Source: Felis catus
Taxonomy: Eukaryota
Assembly: GCF_018350175.1 (NCBI RefSeq)
Contig: NC_058368.1
Coordinates: 177,818,001 to 177,882,000 of the forward strand
DNA: 64,000 bases
Direction of reading: 5' to 3'
Shown here piece after piece: positions 51,901-64,000 of this stretch. The notes beneath the pieces are model-generated. The model did no database searches and was not told the DNA's origin. It was given only the letters and a program-made list of their open reading frames with translations. The position numbers and the translations under genes are program-made. Each line of letters starts with the position of its first letter. Position 1 is the stretch's first letter.

Positions 51901-52865
51901 ATAGGAGTGCAGGAAGGGAAAAAGTCCTCCCTTGAAGTTCACAGATTCCCAATTTTTTAAAATTTCAGGATCAATTAAGGTAATTAGATCATAATGAAGA
52001 ATAAGCAGAAATCTAAGAAACAAGAGATGAAGCCCATGTGTGTTGTCCATCCTTCTCAGGGTTACAATGAAGTTGAAAATGGCTATGCTTTTGGTTATGC
52101 TGGTTTCACATACCCAGACATGCACACATATAGCCTTGTTTTTGCCTGGCCACCTGTGCCTTCCTTCTGCTCCTTCTGTTTTAATATGCCTGTATTTCTC
52201 TATTAGATGATAAGCTCCCTGAGGACAGAAATGATGTTCTTTTATCTCCCATGCTTAATGTTTGACAAAGGTTTGTTAAATGAATAAAAAGAGCATAATG
52301 ATAAGGTGCACATATTGGCGGACTCCATTTCATTCACAATTTTTTTTTTAACAAAAGCAAAACAACCCATAAGAGGCATGGCTTTTGCACAGAACTTTTT
52401 CTCTTTAAAAATAATATACCCCAAATTCCACTCACCAGAAGTAACCCTGGTTAAATATCGTTATTTAAAAAGGCGTGGTGTTAATGCTTAGATAATGTTT
52501 CTGGAAGAAGCTCTCCCTGCAGTGAGAAGAGCTCTCCTCCTGTGATACTGTGAGCAACCACCACTGCCAGCCTGTTAGTGGCACTTCTCAGATGACACAA
52601 TAGAATATGATCTTGGTGTAGTATTAATTTTCCGTGTGCATATGTGTTTCCTCCACTATTTCAAGCACGTGCTGCCTGAGGGCAGGGAAGATACTTCTTT
52701 CTTCTACCATCTCCAGAAGTAATTAGGATACTGCCTTGGCAAACTTAGCAATGTAGAAAAAATATGGGCTTTGGTCCCAAACATATCTGGATTTGAATTC
52801 TGGATTTGGCACTAACTAGGTGTAACTTAAAGTCTCTGGATCTTGATTTTCTATCTGTAAAACAG

Positions 52866-52866
<1 letters not shown>

Positions 52867-52902
<36 letters not shown>
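52867..52902. repeat. (AAT)12 microsatellite within a MIR fossil
   Basis: Read directly. MIR core tctgtaaaacagg...ataaaaccta flanks it. Confidence 0.93.
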
Positions 52903-52906
<4 letters not shown>

Positions 52907-55900
52907 CCTACTTTATGGCTTTTGGGAAGATTAAAGATGATCCCTAATACAGAGCTTGGTATTTAGTAGTTACTCATCAAATGCTGCTTCTCTTTCTACC
53001 CCTTCTTATGGACCTTTTCTCATAGTAGGTGCTAAAAACTGTCAGCTAATATCTGTTCAAGAAAAGGCTCGTTACATAAAAAACAACAGGAAAGTAAGAA
53101 GGTGTTTATCTTGAAGATTTTCACACTGCACAGATAAAGTTAAAGCAAACAAAACCTTAAATTTATATCAATGTTGAGATCTTTATATTCAATTAACACA
53201 CTCTCATCATGGTCAGAAATGGCATTCATTAAAGGCATAAAGCTTCAAAATTTCATGCACAAAACGGATTTTTTTTCCCTACTTCTACATAGCTGTTATC
53301 TTACAAGCCAGAAAAATTACTTATTTTAACCACTCATCCATCTCTCTAGCTCTTGAAATACAGGAGGTTGTTAGAAATGTAAGGAATTATCACTATTATG
53401 GATTTGAGAAGACATGCTCCTAAAAAACTGTTTTGATATGTTTGTTTTCTCATCTCTGTTTATTTTACTATGAAGGTTCTTTTCAACTTCAGAAAAGAGC
53501 ATTTAGGTATGTACACAACGCTTCGACAATCCATACATTCTCTAACTCCTCAACTAACCAAATGACAAATATTGCCTGTGCACATGCAGGTAGCTTAAGT
53601 GAAGCCAGACAAGATAAGAAAACCAGACAAGGAATAAGCATACAAATAACAGTAAGATTTTGAGTTGTAAATTTAATTTAATAAAGAATAAAAGCATGGG
53701 CTGTGATAATTTTTTAAATTGCTTTCTTTTTCCAATCCTAATTCTTAGTCTTGGGTATGTGCAGTGTTGTCTCTTAACATTCTGGTTATAACTTTGAAGA
53801 AACTAATTATGTCAATCCTTAAATTTGAAGTAGATTACAGAACTGGGAAACCCAGAATATTAGTTCCTAAAGGTTGTATGGATATATAATGACAGTCACA
53901 GAAATTCAATAACAGCCCTCTATGAAATGTACTCAAAAGCACCACATGAAACAAATTAAAAAGAACAATGAATCTCTCATTCTGCGCAAATAAGAAAATA
54001 AGAGAAAACACTGGTTCTATAGGTTTTCATAACAGTTGTTATAATGAATTAAGATTTTGGATAATGAATCTTCAGAAAATTACAGTAAGTTAATACCCCT
54101 AGGCCTTCCATAAATGTTTAAGATGTTATAACTTCTCAAAGAGCTTTTGTAAGCAGGCTCAATGCAGAAAATTAGCAGTGCTGTGGAAATCAACAATAAA
54201 GTATTCTGCCATCAGAGATAATATACTTTCCTGAACCAATTTATTCCCCCCAAATTCATTTACTAATACAAAATTGATACCATGAAATTTTTAAAAACCC
54301 TGATAATTGTTGTAAATTCTAAAGTATTGTTTCAATGTGCTGAAATGATTCATCAAGATATTTAACCAGTTGTAATTTAGTAAAACAAAATCTGTCACCA
54401 GAAAGGATCCAATATAGTGAAAACATTAACACCCCTTAGGAAAAGAGTTCTGGAACTTAATGTGAACTCACTTATTGTGCATGAGAAACCAATTTTCGTA
54501 TTTTTGTCTTAGTCTTCAAGTGTCCCTGACATCAATGCAGTACTTTCTACAAAACAGACCCGTTGGAGTGCAAGGTGGGAGAAGGAGGAGAAGGCGAGGT
54601 GTGAGAGGGAATAGAGGATTTAATGACTTGGATCTAAACCGTTTGGAACTAAAGATACTGAGGTCTTTCATGAATGCTTAAGGCAGAAAAAAAAAACAAC
54701 AACCATGATCATCACAATTAACATGACACATGAAGAGATTTAATGGTACAAATATCATTGCTTCATGTTAAACATACAAACTTAGTGCTACTGAATAGAT
54801 CCACGCTAATCTCGGTGGACTAATTTTTCCCTCATATCATTTAAAATTGCACCACAAAATAAGGACCAAAATTAGGTGAAAAAAATCTTTTGCCAGAATT
54901 TAATTTTAAAATCATAACTTATGTTGGAAACCAAGTGGTAAAAGGTTAGAATTCTGCTTGCCTCATTCAGTGGAATACAGAATGGCAACTGATAAAAGCT
55001 GGCTATGGAAGTACAAAATAAATATGAAATGTTAAGTGTTTATTTCAATTAGAATATCTGAACCCACCATCTGTGGTGGCCATCTTGCTAAGGGGACACG
55101 TACCTAACAAATCTCTTAAGAGGCATTCCCAATCTGCTTGAATAAGCTATTGTATAAGAAAACTTGGAGCGACCACTTTGGCCTCACATTTCCTTCGCTC
55201 CACATCCTGTGGCACAAAGCATGAACTCAGCAGGCTGGGGTGCTGGGCTGCCTGCTGCCTTGTGATAATCCCCTCTCCCAGTAGGGGCCTCCACTGATGC
55301 ATGGCTAAGAACATGCTTCCTCTTTTGCTTGCACCCCAGTGGGGTATCCATTCCTAACTTGGGCCCAAATCCAGACTGCTAAGGAAGGGCTCCAGATGCT
55401 GCCAGAGATATTTTTGGATTGGTTTCTAAACAATCATTTATTTGAAAGAGGAGTACAGGTACAGTGTGAAGACCAGCAATACTGGTTAATTTTGGAGAGA
55501 TTCTCTCCCTCCCCCTCCCCGACCAGATCTAAGGTCTAACTACCACCTGTTCAACAGAAGCTGGCTGTTTGCCTCACTTTCCTTCAGGGAGCCACTGACT
55601 AAGGATCTCCACCAGCATGAACCTAATGTCTCCCGACAGGCCTTCACTAGCCAAGAGGGACCCGGGTCGAGTGCACCAGTTATTGGTCACAGGATACACA
55701 GCCCATAGAAAGACTCCTGCGGTGCAACCAGCTGAAAGCCAACTAGAGAAGATGGGGAGTGTACATTTGTCCTGACACAGCTTTGCTCCTGCTGGCTGCC
55801 AACTCACTCCATGTCTGCGGCCAAGCTTCTGTTAGACTAGTCTTCTGTGGCTAAAACCATGGTAAAGCACAGGGTAAATATATTATCTTCCCAAGCTCAT

Positions 55901-58479
55901 ACAATAAGAAGCTAACCATGGCTAGGGCACAAGGCTACTAGAAGGCAGCTTGATTGATTCTGGTGGAAGGTTTTGAGACCATGTATTTCAGGCATTTTGT
56001 TTATAATTCTGTGCAATAGCAAATTTGTACCATGATTAGACCTTGGAGCAAAGAAGTTGATGCTGGATGTAGTTCTGCGCCAAGGGTGATGGTGGAAGTG
56101 GGGAACTGGGAAATAAAAGATTTTTTTTTTACCATAATCCCCTATATCTCTCAAAGATGTCCACCAGAAACATATTCTGGCATAAGGGATACCTGTACTA
56201 TAGATACCGTTCAGTAACAGATGCTATTCAAGGGAGCCCTAAGAAAACTTTCTCCTTTCAGGTATGAATGATTGGTTAGAACTGGCCACTTCAGAAATGT
56301 TGTAATCAAGAAACCTAGGCTGCTTCCACACTGTGCAATCACACTAAACTGAGTCTTTGCAGTTGATCCTGCTTACTGGCTGACTACTGAACATTTGGTT
56401 ATAGACCATGCATACTATAGGGTTACATAGTGCATAAACAGGGAGCCAAGAAGGCACCTCTACACTTATCACTGTGAGCATGTACCTGTTTTAGGAATAA
56501 GAGCCTGAGGCTGTGGTGAGGCAAGCATAAAGACTGGTGATCCACCACAACAACCAGCAACTCAACTCACCTTGACTAATTTCCAAGCCTTCTCTGGAAC
56601 TCGGGACACATCACTCCTCAGGCGTACAACCTAAAAAGCACAGAGTTTAGGGACCTGGCACCTGACGTTAGGGATTAGGGAAGAGCAGGAGGCCCTCTCA
56701 ACTTCAGATAGAGAGAGAAAATGTGGTTCAGGATCTTTGTGGCTGTCACTTAAAATATTCCTGGGACTTTGATTTTATCCTGGAAGCCTTGAGCAAAGAC
56801 AATGGTGAAGTGCTGTTCAGAGTCTGGATGTGGTTATATGGATTACACCATGGGTTTGCTTCCATGGAATAATTCAAAAAACCAATTATTAAAGGATAGC
56901 CCTAGAAAAGAACAAATTATAAATAATACTTGACAGAACTATTTTCAAGAATCTCTTAGTAGTGTTGTTTCTCATGAGGCACTCTCATTATGCAAGTGTG
57001 GCAACTGGGGCTAATGATTTAAGTAGGCCAAGTCACCTTTTCATGGGCAAAAGTATATTTTTAATAAATGGAACTCATTTCTATGGTCATTCAAAGGGTA
57101 AGTAAATCATACAGTCTTCTACCACTTAATCTAGTTCTTGCACACACTCTCCCCCAAATCCTCTAAAAACACAACTTATTATAGTTATGGTAGGTATTAA
57201 GTAAGACGTTACCAGGTCCTCATCTCCACTTCTAACATCTTTATTTTCATTTACACGTGTTACCTATTCATATTTCATTTCTACCTCCACACTGCCTCTC
57301 TGAAACCTGTCCCACTTTCTGCATCCAAAACAACTTCTGTACCTTCCTCCTAAGAGATACTCAACTCTCTGGGAAGAGTGACCTGACATAAAGAGTAGAG
57401 GAATAATGGCCCATGGAATGAAAAAGGGGGTGTCATATGTATATTTTTATTGCTCTGTCAAATCAGCTATTTTCACTTTTCATCATATTCTCAAATTTTA
57501 CTCAAAAGTGTTCCTACAATCTTTTTTGCCTTTCAATTTCTGTCCCTCATACTAGCCTCGTTAGTGAAAACTTGAACCTACCCCAAATGCAAGCAATCAG
57601 AGTTCACCTTCTGGTGGCCTGTTAACGCCTTCAAACTCTAATTTCTGGTTTCTCTGGGCAGGCAATGCCCGGGGCAATAGGATAAGTCCTGCTCCCATTT
57701 TAGTTTTCCTATTGAACACTTCTCCATGTTGACCATCAGCTAAAACATATGCAACACCTCAACCGGTGGACCAAGACAATTGGCAGTTGCCCAGGAAGTA
57801 TATCTTTTTCTCAGTAAGACGACAGAAAATGGGCAAGTTAACTGTGTACGTATTTTCAGTGACGTCACCTTGGAGGAAACACAGAATATTTGTGCAGTGT
57901 AATACACACAGGGTTCTGGGTGAGGTTCTGCTACTTGCTAGCCTACCACAGTACCTGGGAGATAACAGGTATTCAATAAATATTTTCATTTAATGAATCA
58001 ACCCAATAATCCTAGTTAAATTATTTAGCCTCTCAGAGTCTCAGCTTCTTCAGCTGTAAAGTGGAAAAAATAATAACACAACGAATAATATCATGAATTA
58101 AGAGGCAGTCTAGTGAAATGATTAGGATCTAGTCTGAAGCCCAAGGTTAGCCATTGGGCTGGCCATTTACTAGGTGATTTTGATCAAATTCCTTACCCTC
58201 CAAATTTCCGTTTTCTCAAATATAAAATGAGGATGATAGTAGGTCTAATTCATGAAAATTTTTAGAGGATTTGAGTAGTTAATTCATGCAAAGTGCTTCG
58301 AACAGTCCTGGCACAGAATAAAATTTCCATGAGTGTTAACTGTTGTTATTATTGTCATATCATGCTATATGATATATATAGCACTGCCAGCACAATGTCA
58401 GAAACACTTGGAAAGTTTTTAGCATATAGTAAGCACCAAATAAACACTAGCTATTAGCCCTTAGAACCAGTGGTCAGTC

Positions 58480-58644
58480 GGGGTGCCTGGGTGGCTCATA
58501 AGTGTCCAACTTTGGCTCGAGTCATGATCTTCCTGCTCTGCTTGTGGGTTTGAGCCCCGTTTTGGGCTCTGTGCTGACAGCTCAGAGCCTGGAGCCTGCT
58601 TCGGATTCTGTGTCTCCCTCTCACTGCCAGTCCTCTGCTCAAGC

Positions 58645-58694
<50 letters not shown>

Positions 58695-58727
58695 AAATAA
58701 AGAAACATTGAAAAAAAATTTTAAAAA
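58480..58727 (+). mobile_element. CanSINE with (TGTC)n(TC)n, TSD, inserted in MIR-derived sequence
   Basis: GGGGTGCCTGGGTGGCTCA head. AGAACCAGTGGTCAGT / AGAACAGGTGGTCAGT flanks. Confidence 0.92.
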
Positions 58728-61700
58728 GAACAGGTGGTCAGTAAATGCTCACTATTATTAAATAATATATAGACAAATATTAGTCTGACATGAAGACTAT
58801 GAGGCATGCAACAAAAGGACAGTCCCTTTTCTTTGTGCTTTATCTGGATTAGATGCTGCAAAGTAGATGCACGTTCCAAGTTGGTATGTGTGTAGCCTTA
58901 GTAATGGTTACAGAGTGATCAGAGGGGAGAGAGCCCTAATGGAAGGCAGCTTAACTCCTATACTTCTATCTTCTATCTTCTGGGAGGAGGAACAGGAAAA
59001 GCAGAGGGAAAGGAGACAGGAGGAAAACAGAATGCTCTGTGGCAACAGAGTTCACCTCAGTTCTGGATTTCAAATCCCTCATCTTCCTTTTCTGAGTCAT
59101 CCCAAGTTCTTGTTTCCTATTTCTGGGCTAAATTCTCAACTCACTGGATAAGTAGAGATGATTTACACCCCTGGGGCCAATAAATTATCAGAGTTTTCTC
59201 AATTCAGATCAGTGAGTCCATCCAATTGTCCAAGTTTTGCTTGATAAATTGATGCACAGAGAGAAAAGGTTCCAGAACACCATCGTTAGAGTTTTAAATT
59301 ATCAAGAGTCTTTGTGTGGCAGGCTCAGTAAGAACTGAAAGGGGCTGCTTTCATATATGAATATAATATTGGTCTCTGACACTAGACTATGGGGTGAATT
59401 GCTTCTTATATAATAGGATGGATTATATCAAGTATCTAGGATCTAGAACTTGGCTCAGTTCTCTTGTGACTGATGGCTATCCAGTACCAAAGGTCTAATC
59501 TGTGGTTGCAGAGATGAGTTTTTTCCCTTGGGAAATAAAACAGCAAAGATGGAGATGGAATTTGTGATGTTTGTTTTGTCAATCATCATTACACTTAAAA
59601 CTGATCATGCCTGGATGCATGCCTCTAGACACATACATAGGCAATGTGATACAGTGGACAGCAAACTTGGGTTTAGAGTAGGATGATTTGGTCAAAGCCA
59701 GGGTATCTCACTGAACAAGTTTTTAACCTTCCTGAAATCTCTTTCATATTCTGTAAAATGAAGATAATTATACCTACTAAATAGGACATTGCTGAGAAGA
59801 CTAGATGAGAGAATGTAATGAATAACTCCACAAAGTGGTTAAGCACAGAAGTAGAAACCCAACACAGGTTAGAGAAAGGTTGAAGATAAAACATATTCTC
59901 AAATGGTATTTCCTAGGCATTTCTCATTCTACATTACCTAAAAATACAGAATTTGTAACCTATAGCATGGACAATGTTTTAATACCCAGTGCCTAGAACT
60001 TCAGCAATTTTAAGAATGGTAGGGTTGGAAAGTATTAAGGCAGCTACACCTGCTGGGGAGTGTGGTATTACAGCCCATGTCTCACACATGCAAATGGTCA
60101 GGAAAAAAAGTACAGTTGAGAACTCAGACCATCAAGCAAGAAAAGATTTCTAATGACTCAGGAAAGCGGGCCAAAAGGGAGTGTGGAAGGAAGTGGTCGG
60201 GAACACTTAGAGACAGGAAAGGACAATAAGTGGTTGAAGGCTGAAAATAAAGGGTTAAAATAAAAGTTGAGAATTGCAATTCTCAGCAAATGTAAAGACA
60301 CTAGTGTACTAAGGTGTTCTGCACATTTCAGCATTATCTATCGTTTTGCAATTTTCCTCATCAAATGGTGTGGGAGAGATTGTCCAGAGAAACGCATTTC
60401 CAATTTTGTAACGGAAGTTGATCAGAAAATGTAATTCACACTGAAGAAAGTTGTTTCAAAGCCAACTTTGCTTAAACACATCTATTCAGTAAAGCAAAGG
60501 ATAGTGGCGCTGGGGAGCCATGCAGGCCTAGGGGAAAACAAAATCTCAATAAGTATGCCAAATGTGTTTTATATTTCAAGATTCCTTCAACAGAGACATT
60601 ATGGGGAGATAAAAATTAGGAAAACACTGAACTTAACTAATTCAAAATGTTGAGAAAATATTTTGCATTTATGTTTTATAACCAAGTGCTTTTCCCACAT
60701 TTGTCCCAAGGCAGCAGATGAAGCACTATATTCACCATTGCTAATACTAGCAATTGGAACATGCTCTTTGGCAAGGCAGAAATAAGATAATTGTTCAACA
60801 TAGGCTGGCTTTTCAGAAATACTGGAAGCATTGCCTGTAATTATAGACATCTGTCACTGCTAGCCACTCAGTACTAACCCTGACATCAATATACAACCAT
60901 AGCACTAAACTGCCTGCAGGCATAGCAATGGAGACCAGATACGCTAGGCAGGCAATCATCTGCTTCATCCACACTATCTGTCAAAGGTTCCCAACCACAA
61001 ATAGCTCTTACATTTTGTATCCTTAGGATAATATGTTGATTTATTTTAGATTCTCTAATATTTACAGTCTGGGCCATCTACTAAAATAAAGAAACAAAAC
61101 TTATGGCTAATGGAGGCAGTTACTGTTCACAGTCATCATAAAAGGTCATAGCTCAACCCTCAAATGTTAAAAATTGATGGCAGCTTTAACCATGTGCTAT
61201 CATACAGATGTTTCCTTTTGTAGAGGCAATTATTTTCAATAGCAATTCAAAATGGTAAATACAATCTTTCATCAGCAAGTATGTTGCCACCCCAGTCTAA
61301 TGGAAACGCTCATATTTTAAAGCTTTTTTTGAAAAAGTGAAGATAGGTTCAATGTTGGGTACTGAAGAATACAGATTGCCAGTCTGGGTTTAGCTGTACG
61401 TATAGTACCGTATCTGCCAACAGTTTTTACATATACAAATGATGTGATATCTGAAAAGCAGGAAATGATACTGCAGGATAAAACACTTGGTTAATGAATG
61501 AGTCAACTGACATACAGTCTTGCTAGGTGTTAAGCTTACTGAAATATACATGTGCGTGTACATTCATATTTTTAAAAGCCCAAAGACACACTGTAGTTTT
61601 ACATGCTACTCTCTTTTTTTCTATTAAGCAGCCAGAGAAGCAAGCTGAAAATTTTAGACATTTAGACTAATTAGGAATAAGCACTCACAATTATCATAAT

Positions 61701-62631
61701 GTGTTCCTAAAAACACAGATATTTCTTGGTCTGATCACAACAGCCTATGCTGAAGAAAAACTATTAATTACTGACAGACAGTTAGCTTACAAGTGAGCTG
61801 CATCTTAAAAACCTCTTTTAAAATACAATTGCTAAATGCCTTACAGTGCTGTAATGTGAGACAGGTTCAAATCTTATTACTTCACTGAAATTAAAACCTA
61901 AGTTTTAATACTGTTCAAGTCGAACAATGATTCCACACTTTATTGCTTTTGAAATCCCTTGATGATCATAGGAAAAAATGCCCCCGAGAAAAAAAGACTG
62001 TTTTCGATAAACAGAAAATACAGTTTGCACTCTTAGCCTCTTTGTCATCACAAAAAAAGGATTTAATGCCAATTCTTTAAAAAAAGACTTTTTTTCCACA
62101 AAATGTGCACCTTGTGTGCCATTTGTAAAATCAGTTCACTTTCTTTTATTTATTACTGCAGCGCGGCAAGGCAATAAAGAAGCTACCGATAGCTAATAAA
62201 TTACATGCCTTTTAAAACAATTCTCTTGCTACAGAAACATGTAACTACAAAGGTTTACATTTACATGGTACACCACATGAAATGTCTATATTTGTGTCCT
62301 ATTAACCATTTTGGCAAATTGCGGACTTTTACCAAATAGCTGGTAGAGAAAAAGGCAAAGTGATTCACGTATGCCGACACGATATAAAATAAAAAGCCTT
62401 TCTAGTAAACTACTCTTACACTGCCTGCACTTCCGAAAAATCTTCCAAAATTTACTGAAACACATGCTTTGATAAATCATTTTATGCATCAAAAAAGTAT
62501 TCAAAGGTGTTCTAATCAGGGTTAATTTAAACTTTACTCAGTGAACAGTGAGACCTAAAGTACTTTTTTCCCCCTGATTTATTTTCCTAGTATCATGCAG
62601 TCTTTTAAAAATCATAGCTCCTAGCAGTTAC

Positions 62632-62691
62632 TTAGAATAAATTATAAAAAGCAAGATCATTGTTAGAATAAATTATAAAAAGCAAGATCAT
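62632..62691. repeat. Perfect 29-bp tandem duplication with a 2-bp spacer
   Basis: TTAGAATAAATTATAAAAAGCAAGATCAT at 62632-62660 and 62663-62691. Confidence 0.95.
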
Positions 62692-64000
62692 AGGATGTAA
62701 GGCAAAAATGCCCCAAATCTATTCCTTGACATATTTTGTATTTTTAAGACACAAAACTTGGTTATTTATTTATTTAATAAATGTTCATATCAAAGATGTC
62801 TTGCTTAGTTATAACCTTTCTTTTAAAACAGTATTATCTTCACATATCCACAAGCACTAACTAAAAGCCTTACTTTACCAAAGTAAGCTGTTTATTTGGT
62901 CTTTCTGTCTTATCTATGAACAAATGAATCCTGAAATATCTGTACTCCAATTCTAGGATTAAATTGTTAAATTAATCAGGGTATTTGCTTAATGCTCTCA
63001 TCCTCCACTCTCATGATGAACATGTATTTATGAGGTAGTGTACTGTCTTTTATTATTAATTTCCTCCATTTCCTGTAATAGCTATCATAGCTGTGGCTTT
63101 TTTTGGTTTCATACCTACAAATTTCAACTTTGTTCAATTATGCATGATGAACAATGCTTCAATTTCCAAAGCACAAACAACTTTGTTCCTTTTCATATTT
63201 ACTTTGAGATAATAGTCTACTGTACAAATGAATAAAAATTCTGTATTCTGTAGCACTCCATTCAGATCTATTTCCCCCACCTTGCTTTGGAAATTAGCTT
63301 GATTATGATGATAAACAATCAGGAATATGTGGGAGGTATACCGTTTTTGAAGAGTTCAATGAAATAATTTTTTTTCACCTTCACAGATTTTTTTAAAGGG
63401 GAATTATTACCATTGTGATGATATTCTGCAAACCATGTATCTATACATGCAGAGAATCCTAGTATATTTCCCAATTTATCTTTCGCTCCTTTCTCATAGT
63501 AAATACTTCTGTTTTGAAATCATGACCTTTCTCCATACTGTAGCTGATTTAAAATGGTAAAATTCTCAATTAGCAACCAAGAAAAATAGGTGACAAAACA
63601 ACTACTTTCTCTATGGCCCTCATCTTCTTCCCTTATCTCAACAGAATTTATTTTAAATATTTAATTACTTGGATTATCTTCTTTTTGGCCAATAGAAGGC
63701 TCATTCATTGTATTATCTCTCTTGGATCATTAAGAACGCGCATTCAAAGGACAGGTATCATGAACCCCATTTATTTACATGGGGAAAATCAAATAGCGTC
63801 AGGAGACAGCTCAAGATTACACAGTAAAATGACCTCTTATTCACAGGCCTCACTATTTGACAACACTGCTTCCTAGCTATTGGGAAAAATATGTATTCAC
63901 AGACATTTATTCTGGTAAATCCAAATTCAACTTTCTATCGAGTGCTATTTCAATGTGTGTAAGATAATCCTGACTTACCTCTGGTACCGATATGACAGAG

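Noticed and set aside
57859..57868. Palindromic CRE GTGACGTCAC
   Set aside because: A single motif with no CpG island, promoter context or other support.

Overview
Mammalian, almost certainly felid, genomic DNA, judged from the many young feline-type CanSINE (SINEC_Fc-like) copies. The whole window lies inside one minus-strand gene, RANBP17 (exportin-7/importin-beta family). I reconstructed eight short coding exons (74, 81, 64, 109, 104, 89, 108 and 83 nt; about exons 15-22 by recalled human numbering). They have consistent splice phases and one continuous reading frame from VYARMSEVLG to SKMICTYG. Two introns are minor-spliceosome (U12) type: a 10.3 kb AT-AC intron (47792->37520) and a 7.7 kb GT-AG intron (18805->11107). 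Both are phase 2 and together bracket a 366-nt four-exon cassette, so skipping it or back-splicing it into a circle would both preserve the frame. The introns also hold a tailless U6 retrocopy with a target-site duplication (TSD), a ~105-bp dispersed duplication carrying TACTAAC, a candidate 60-nt in-frame cassette exon, repeat-free putative conserved enhancer blocks, and SINE, L1, L2, CR1, MIR, MER and MLT fossils plus microsatellites. Nearly all ORFs in the supplied track are spurious. There is no CRISPR, rRNA or prokaryotic system.
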